Below, in pieces: positions 23,513-28,977 of a stretch of DNA of 28,977 nt. Each line of letters starts with the position of its first letter. Position 1 is the stretch's first letter. The position numbers and the translations under genes were made by a program. Under the pieces are notes generated by a model. It was not told the DNA's origin. It saw nothing but the letters and a program-made list of their open reading frames with translations, and made no database searches. Source of the DNA: Candidatus Fermentibacteraceae bacterium. Its GTDB lineage: Bacteria > Fermentibacterota > Fermentibacteria > Fermentibacterales > JCC-6. The DNA is taken from contig JAWLEP010000033.1 in NCBI GenBank assembly GCA_041686025.1, positions 1 to 28,977 of the forward strand. The letters run 5' to 3'.

Positions 23513-24976
23513 ATGGGAAAATTCGCTGGGGTTTTCTGTGCCGTTGCCGTTGCGGCTCTGCTTTTGCCCGGCTGCGGAGGAGGAGGCAGGCCGGGCCTCA
23601 TGGGGGAGCTTCCCCCCGGAATGGACATCTACCTGACCATGTCGCCGGAGGGGGTGGGCGTCCGGGAGATTCTGGGGTCTCTGCGAGAGACCGCCCTCGG
23701 TGGCTCCGAAGAGCTGGCCATCGCCGGCTCCGCGCTGGGAATAGACCCTCTGAGCTGGGACGAATGGGTCACCGCCACCGGCCTGGACCCCGATGCCGAG
23801 ATGGGAGTGGCCGTATACGCCAGCGGCAGCCAGCCGTCCGCCGTGGCCCTCTTCCTGCCGGTATCCGACCCCGCAACCCTGGAGTCCTTCCTGGACGTTA
23901 TCCCGGAGGATGAGGAAGTCAGGCTGTCCCGGTGGCGCGACGACATGTGGGTGATTCTGGCCTCGGAGGTGCCCCAGCAGCTGGACATGATGGCCGAGGC
24001 CCTAGACAGCGGCGAGCGACTGGCCGACGACCAGGACTTCGCCCGGCTGTGGGACGCCCTGGGAGGCGGCGGCGCCGATGCACACCTGTACGTCAGGACC
24101 CACGACAGGCCGGAGCTGGAGGCCGTCCTCCTGGCCCTGGAGGAGGATGGGGGCGTGGCCCGGGTCCGAGCGGCGGCCCTGCCTTCCGGCCCCCAGTTCG
24201 CCCGGTCGCTCTCGGTGATGGAGCGCGGCCCGGCCGGGGACCGTCCCGGCCTGCCTTCGGACGTGGACCTGGTGGTCCGGTCCACCGTGAGCATGGACGC
24301 TGTGGATGACATGGTGCGCGACCAGATGCCGCCGGACGCCGAGCAGGGCCTGGCCATGCTGGGCTTCGAGTCCGTCGACGACATGCTCGCCATGTTCAGC
24401 GGCGACAGCTGGGGCGCCGTGGACCTCTCCTCCGACCAGATCCGGGGTCTGGCCGTCATCGGCCTGGACGACGCCGGCGCCATGGAGGGTTTCCTGAGCA
24501 GGCTCTCCGGCTTCGCCGCCATGGGCGACCAGCAGGTGGACAGGGTCCGGGGGGGAGGCGTCAGCGGCTACTCCATTCCCATCTCTTCCGGCCCGGGCGC
24601 TCCGCCGCTGCAGGTGGGCGTCTCCGGCTCGGGCCTCTACATACTCTACGGCTACTCGCTGGAGGACGTCCCCGGCTGGTCATCCCGGCCGGCGACCGAT
24701 GAGGCGCTGGGAATCGACGGATCCGCTCCCGTCTTCCTGGCCGGCAGCATATCCGGGGTGAGGCGCCGAATCCCCGAAGACACCGGCGAGCTGCTGCCGG
24801 AGGCGGACAGGTTTGCCGCGTCCATCCGGGCCGAGGGAGACGTGGCCGTGATGGAGGGCGCCCTGGACACGGGAGAGGACAGAGCCTTCGCAGCCATGGC
24901 AAGGGCCGTCTTCAGCGCCGGATACAGAGTCTACGAGGCAAGGGTAACCCCGCCCGAGGAGGTTGATTCCAAGTGA
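23513..24976 (+). CDS. Lipoprotein of unknown function (DUF3352-like alpha/beta)
   Basis: Start reassigned to ATG 23513 (MGKFAGVFCAVAVAALLLPGC lipobox); GLDPDAEMG, LADDQDF; GTGA overlap with the next gene. Confidence 0.65.
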   Translation: MGKFAGVFCAVAVAALLLPGCGGGGRPGLMGELPPGMDIYLTMSPEGVGVREILGSLRETALGGSEELAIAGSALGIDPLSWDEWVTATGLDPDAEMGVAVYASGSQPSAVALFLPVSDPATLESFLDVIPEDEEVRLSRWRDDMWVILASEVPQQLDMMAEALDSGERLADDQDFARLWDALGGGGADAHLYVRTHDRPELEAVLLALEEDGGVARVRAAALPSGPQFARSLSVMERGPAGDRPGLPSDVDLVVRSTVSMDAVDDMVRDQMPPDAEQGLAMLGFESVDDMLAMFSGDSWGAVDLSSDQIRGLAVIGLDDAGAMEGFLSRLSGFAAMGDQQVDRVRGGGVSGYSIPISSGPGAPPLQVGVSGSGLYILYGYSLEDVPGWSSRPATDEALGIDGSAPVFLAGSISGVRRRIPEDTGELLPEADRFAASIRAEGDVAVMEGALDTGEDRAFAAMARAVFSAGYRVYEARVTPPEEVDSK

Positions 24977-25536
24977 CCTTTCACGATCTCGTCCGATCCA
25001 CCAGGTCCGTAAGGCGCTTCCACGAGGACAGGAGGATATCCGTGGACGGCCTGCTGCACCTGGTGGAAGCCGCCAGGCTTGCTCCCTGCGCGGCGAACCT
25101 GCAGGTACTGAGGTTCTCGGTGGTGGAGGACCGCGAGCTGTGCGCGGAGGTCTTTCCCGCGCTGAGGTGGGCCGGCTACCTGGAGGACTGGGACGGCCCC
25201 CGGCCGGGCCGGCGGCCCGCGGCGTACGTGGTGATCCACGCCCCCGAGGAGGAGCAGAGGTACACCCGGGTGGACGTGGGCATTGCGGCGGCTTACATAG
25301 TCCTGCAGGCGGGCAGCCAGGGACTGGGTGCCTGCATGATAATGAGCTTCGACAGGGAGGGGCTGGCCGCCGCGGTAGGGTCCCCCGAGGGCTGCCGGCC
25401 GGTGCTGGTGGTGGCCCTGGGCGATCCGGCCGAGGAGGTTGTGCTGGAGGAATCCAGCGGAAGCATCGAGTACTGGCGCGACGCGGACTCCGTGCACCAT
25501 GTCCCCAAGCTCCCCCTGGACAGGATACTCTACTAG
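24973..25536 (+). CDS. Nitroreductase family protein
   Basis: TRSVRRF, ARLAPCAANLQ, DVGIAA..I.L.A...GLGAC, VALG.P, HHVPK. Confidence 0.9.
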   Translation: MTFHDLVRSTRSVRRFHEDRRISVDGLLHLVEAARLAPCAANLQVLRFSVVEDRELCAEVFPALRWAGYLEDWDGPRPGRRPAAYVVIHAPEEEQRYTRVDVGIAAAYIVLQAGSQGLGACMIMSFDREGLAAAVGSPEGCRPVLVVALGDPAEEVVLEESSGSIEYWRDADSVHHVPKLPLDRILY

Positions 25537-25597
25537 CCGACCCCGGGCCGGCCGGACCGGTCCGGGGGGCTCGGACTCGGGAAGGAAAGGCCATCGC

Positions 25598-26854
25598 ATG
25601 ACCACCAGCAGCTCCATTTTCGTCTCCCGGCGCAGGAGGCTGTACGAAAGGCTGGGCGACGGGTTCCTGGCAGTGGTGCCCTCATCCAGCGTCAAAGCCA
25701 GCAGCGCCGACGCCTCCCACCCCCACGTGCCCAGCAAGAACCTCTTCTACCTCACCGGCATCACCCAGCCCCGAAGCTGGCTCCTGGCCTGGAAGACCCC
25801 CGGCGGCGAGGTGAAGGAGAGGCTGCTGATAGACCGCTACGACGAGCACTACGCCAAGTGGGTGGGGGCGCAGATATCCCCGGATGAGGCCACAGAGCTA
25901 AGCGGCGTGGAGGACGTGGCCTTCAACGAGAACGTACCCGCGCAGCTGGACAGGCTGCTGGTGAAGAAGCAGCTGGGGTCGGTGTGGCTGGACTTCCCCC
26001 TGGATGGGATAAGCGGCCTCACCGGGGCCCGCAGCGGCCTGGCAGGCAGGCTGGCCTCAGCCTATCCCCATCTGGAGCTGCGGAGGCTCTCCGAGGAGAT
26101 ATTCCGGCTGAGGATGGTGAAGGAGCCCGGGGAGCTGGAGCAGATGCGGAAGGCCATCGAGCTCACCCGGAAGGGCTTCGAGCACGCCCTCTCCAGGCTC
26201 GGGCCGGGGATGATGGAGTACGAGTTCGAGGCGGAGATGCGCTACCAGTGGCTCTTGGCCGGGGAGCGCCAGGTGGCGTTCCATCCCATAGTGGCCGGAG
26301 GCGGCCGGGCCACCTGCCTGCACTACGTGGACAACGACAACGTGCTGGAGGAGGGCCAGCTGCTGCTGCTGGACTTCGGGGCCCAGTACGGGCTCTACAA
26401 CGCCGACATCAGCCGGACGGTCCCCGTCTCCGGGAAGTACACCGCCCGCCAGAGGGAGCTGGTCTCCATGGTGATCGCCATCCAGGCCAGGGCCATCGAG
26501 CTGCTCCGTCCCGGCATACTGCACTCGCAGTGGAACGATGAGGTAAACGAGGCCTGGGCCGAGATGCTCACCGACGCCGGAATCATCGATTGCCCCGACC
26601 ATCTGGATCAGGTCTACTACCACCGAATCGGCCATCACATCGGCCTGGACACCCACGACGAGAGCCTGGCCCACGTGGAGCTGGAGCCGGGGATGGTGCT
26701 CACCGTGGAGCCCGGCCTCTACCTGGCCGAGGAGGGCACAGGCATCAGGATCGAGGACGACGTCCTCATAGGCGAGGACGGCAACACGGTGCTCTCGGCC
26801 GACTTCCCCAGGACCCCGGACCAGATCGAGGCCATCATGGCCCGGGAGGGCTGA
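25598..26854 (+). CDS. pepP: Xaa-Pro aminopeptidase (M24B)
   Basis: Start ATG 25598 after GGAAAGG; NLFYLTG, LRMVK..E, LHY, LLDFG, ADISRT, HRIGHHIGLDTHD, TVEPGLY, GIRIEDD. Confidence 0.9.
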   Translation: MTTSSSIFVSRRRRLYERLGDGFLAVVPSSSVKASSADASHPHVPSKNLFYLTGITQPRSWLLAWKTPGGEVKERLLIDRYDEHYAKWVGAQISPDEATELSGVEDVAFNENVPAQLDRLLVKKQLGSVWLDFPLDGISGLTGARSGLAGRLASAYPHLELRRLSEEIFRLRMVKEPGELEQMRKAIELTRKGFEHALSRLGPGMMEYEFEAEMRYQWLLAGERQVAFHPIVAGGGRATCLHYVDNDNVLEEGQLLLLDFGAQYGLYNADISRTVPVSGKYTARQRELVSMVIAIQARAIELLRPGILHSQWNDEVNEAWAEMLTDAGIIDCPDHLDQVYYHRIGHHIGLDTHDESLAHVELEPGMVLTVEPGLYLAEEGTGIRIEDDVLIGEDGNTVLSADFPRTPDQIEAIMAREG

Positions 26855-26855
26855 C

Positions 26856-27323
26856 CTGTCCGCCGCCGGTCCCGGCTCCGACCTGCGCTGGATGCGGCTG
26901 GCCATGGAGCAGGCGCGGCTGGCCCTGGACCGCGACGAGGTCCCCGTGGGAGCGGTGGTGGTGGACGACAGCGGCCGTCACTGGTCCGACGGCAACAGAA
27001 CCCGGGAGCTGGGCCAGCCGGGGGCCCACGGCGAGAAGCTGGCCATGGAGGCCGCCTGCAGGGACAGGGGCGACTGGCGCCTTTCCGGCTGCACCCTCTA
27101 CACCACGCTGGAGCCCTGCCTGATGTGCGCCGGCATGGCGGTACTGGCCAGAGTGGAGCGCATCGTCTACGGGGCGTGGGACAAGAGGTTCGGGGCCCTG
27201 GGCAGCGTATACGACGTACTGGAAATGCCCAGACTCAACCACTACCCTCAGGTGCTGGGCGGCGTGATGGCGACGGAGTCCTCGGGGCTTCTGCGGAGGT
27301 TCTTCCGCTCGCACAGGGGCTGA
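26856..27323 (+). CDS. tadA: tRNA-specific adenosine deaminase
   Basis: EVPVGAVVV, AHGE, WRL..CTLYTTLEPCLMCAG, YGAWDK..GA.GS, LNH, LLRRFF. Start is probably CTG 26856 (GGAGG RBS); the ORF track gives ATG 26892. Confidence 0.85.
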   Translation: MSAAGPGSDLRWMRLAMEQARLALDRDEVPVGAVVVDDSGRHWSDGNRTRELGQPGAHGEKLAMEAACRDRGDWRLSGCTLYTTLEPCLMCAGMAVLARVERIVYGAWDKRFGALGSVYDVLEMPRLNHYPQVLGGVMATESSGLLRRFFRSHRG

Positions 27324-27353
27324 GCGCGACCGCCCCCTTCTTCTTCGGCGGGA

Positions 27354-28388
27354 TCAGAGGAAGAGGGAGCTGAGGCTCCTTCCGGTGTGTATCCGCTCGA
27401 TGGCCTCGGCGAACACCGGCGCCACCGACAGGGTGGATATCTTCTCCGGCGGGTGGCCGGCAACCTCGGCGGCCTTCTCGGCGTTGTACTCCACGGTGTC
27501 GGTGATGTAGAGGCGGGTTATGGGGCTGTCCTCTATCACCTTCACCGCCTGTCCCGACAGTATCCCGTGGGTGACGAAGGCGTAGATGTCCTCCGCCCCG
27601 CGGGAAACGGCCGTCTCGGCGGCCAGCACCAGGCTGCGGCCGGACAGGATCTCGTCGTCGCTGATGATCACCTTGCGGTCGGTGAGGTCGTCCACCCCCT
27701 CCACGGTCCTGACCCGGGGGTTCTCGCTGTCGTCAACCCGCTCCTTCTTCACGTATCCGGTGGTGATCCGCGGGGTCCCCCCCTCCCGCTTGATCTCCCG
27801 GGCGGTGTGCATGGCCAGGAAGTCGTTGTCCAGTATGCTGCCCGAGTCGGGGGCTATGAAGGTGAGCCGCTCGGCGTTGAGGGCCATGATCTTCTTGAGA
27901 AAGACGGGGAAGGCGTGGAGCTGGTCCACCGGCTGGTTGGAGAAGCCCTGACTCTGGGGGCAGTGGAGGTTCATGGTGAGCACCCTGTCGGCCCCCGCAG
28001 CCTCGATGAGGTCGAAGATCATCTTGGCGGTGATGGCGATCCTGGGCTTGTCCTTCTTGTCGCTGCGGGCGTAGGGGAAGTAGGGGGTGACCGCCGTTAT
28101 CCTCCCGGCGCTGTCCCGCAGGGAGTAGATCATCTGCAGCAGCTCCATTATGTCGTTGGATATCTGGTTGCACGGCTTCTCGGGCCTCTGGAGGATGGAC
28201 CGCTCCCCGGACTGCATGACGAACACGTCCTTCTCCCGCACCGTGTTCCCCGGGAAGTTGATCATCAGGTTGCCGTTGGAGAACTCGGTGAAGTCCACCG
28301 GCTCCGGCTCGATACCCAGCAGCTCGGATATCCTCTCCCCGAGGTTCTTGCTTGCCCTGCCGTAGCACAGCGCGATGCTGCCGAACAT
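27354..28388 (-). CDS. prs: Ribose-phosphate pyrophosphokinase
   Basis: FSNGN, VREKDVFV.Q, MELL, SAGRITAVTPYFPYARSDKK, MNLH..Q.QGF, APD, DDEI.SG.SL, THGILS, ITDT, SVAPVFAEAI..IH...SLSSLF. Confidence 0.92.
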   Translation of the reverse strand: MFGSIALCYGRASKNLGERISELLGIEPEPVDFTEFSNGNLMINFPGNTVREKDVFVMQSGERSILQRPEKPCNQISNDIMELLQMIYSLRDSAGRITAVTPYFPYARSDKKDKPRIAITAKMIFDLIEAAGADRVLTMNLHCPQSQGFSNQPVDQLHAFPVFLKKIMALNAERLTFIAPDSGSILDNDFLAMHTAREIKREGGTPRITTGYVKKERVDDSENPRVRTVEGVDDLTDRKVIISDDEILSGRSLVLAAETAVSRGAEDIYAFVTHGILSGQAVKVIEDSPITRLYITDTVEYNAEKAAEVAGHPPEKISTLSVAPVFAEAIERIHTGRSLSSLFL

Positions 28389-28409
28389 TGCGAACCCCTC
28401 CCCCCGGGT

Positions 28410-28892
28410 CTACTGGGTCAGCGGCTCTGTCGAGATGGCCTCCAGGTCGTCTATGGCGTCCTGCACGGTGCCCATCAGCACGTATATCATGGCGGCGAAG
28501 GCGTTGAAGCCGATTCCGTCCTCGGTGGTGAAGACGTAGGTGGCGCTGACCTCGTTGGTCTCCGGGTTAACGCTGAACTTGGTAAACGGGTAGTTCCAGT
28601 TGAGCTCGGTCAGCGTCTCCAGGGCCTCCGTCCGCTCCGACCCGGAGCCGGGGACTACCGCCGGCGTCATGGCCTCCATGTAACAGGCCTCGGCCTCCTG
28701 GTCGATCCCGATGTACATGAACGGCCACTGGTCGCCCTGCTCGCTCTGGTTGATGAGGATGAACTCCAGGCCGGACTCGGAGACCTCGTACTGGGCCTCC
28801 AGCGAGTCCAGATAAGTGGTTATTGTCTCGCTGCTTACCGTTGCCGAAGCCGCCGCGGTCAGAACAATCGCCGCCACACAGACGTATCTCAA
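28410..28892 (-). CDS. YbjN-like (T3SS-chaperone-fold) protein with signal peptide
   Basis: TTG start; MRYVCVAAIVLTAAASA signal peptide; LETLTELNWNYPFTKFSVN resembles the YbjN LN....F.KF motif. Confidence 0.55.
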   Translation of the reverse strand: MRYVCVAAIVLTAAASATVSSETITTYLDSLEAQYEVSESGLEFILINQSEQGDQWPFMYIGIDQEAEACYMEAMTPAVVPGSGSERTEALETLTELNWNYPFTKFSVNPETNEVSATYVFTTEDGIGFNAFAAMIYVLMGTVQDAIDDLEAISTEPLTQ

Positions 28893-28977
28893 TTCGAACC
28901 CCCGTTCGTGGGATGGATGATCACGGTCTTCACAGGCTGTAAATATTACAGGTACTTGTTCGAACAGACAGTGGGCT

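Noticed and set aside
27026..27034. HGE instead of HAE in TadA as a sign of altered function
   Set aside because: The Zn ligands (His, PCxxC) and the catalytic Glu are intact; only the variable middle residue differs.
1..28977. CRISPR arrays, tRNA/rRNA, IS elements, integrases, prophage or defence genes
   Set aside because: No periodic repeats, RNA-gene signatures or transposase/integrase motifs were seen.

Overview
GC-rich bacterial chromosomal segment with about 24 densely packed genes and no rRNA, tRNA, CRISPR array or mobile element. The protein styles (T9SS/FlgD-type C-terminal sorting domains, a PorZ-like propeller, a CarboxypepD_reg-type TonB-dependent receptor) point to the FCB superphylum; a candidate lineage such as Ca. 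Fermentibacteria is a guess. Left half (1-17.4 kb): an envelope/secreted-protein cluster. It holds a sulfatase-like lipoprotein, an active plus an apparently dead transglutaminase-like pair, an FN3+CTD protein, a TPR lipoprotein, an M30/M6-like CTD protein lacking its Zn ligands, an S41-like lipoprotein lacking catalytic Ser and His, a beta-propeller lipoprotein, a TonB-dependent receptor and a divergent PorZ-like gene. The standout signal is three predicted pseudo-proteases of three catalytic classes beside a TonB receptor, which may be a peptide/protein capture or surface-assembly system. Right half: GNAT + PLP racemase, DUF4405-like membrane protein, tldD-tldE, orphan minimal nucleotidyltransferase, hsp20 with a sigma-54/IHF/UAS-like promoter, lipoprotein, nitroreductase, pepP, tadA (probable CTG start), prs and a YbjN-like protein. 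All family calls come from motif recognition by eye, not database searches.
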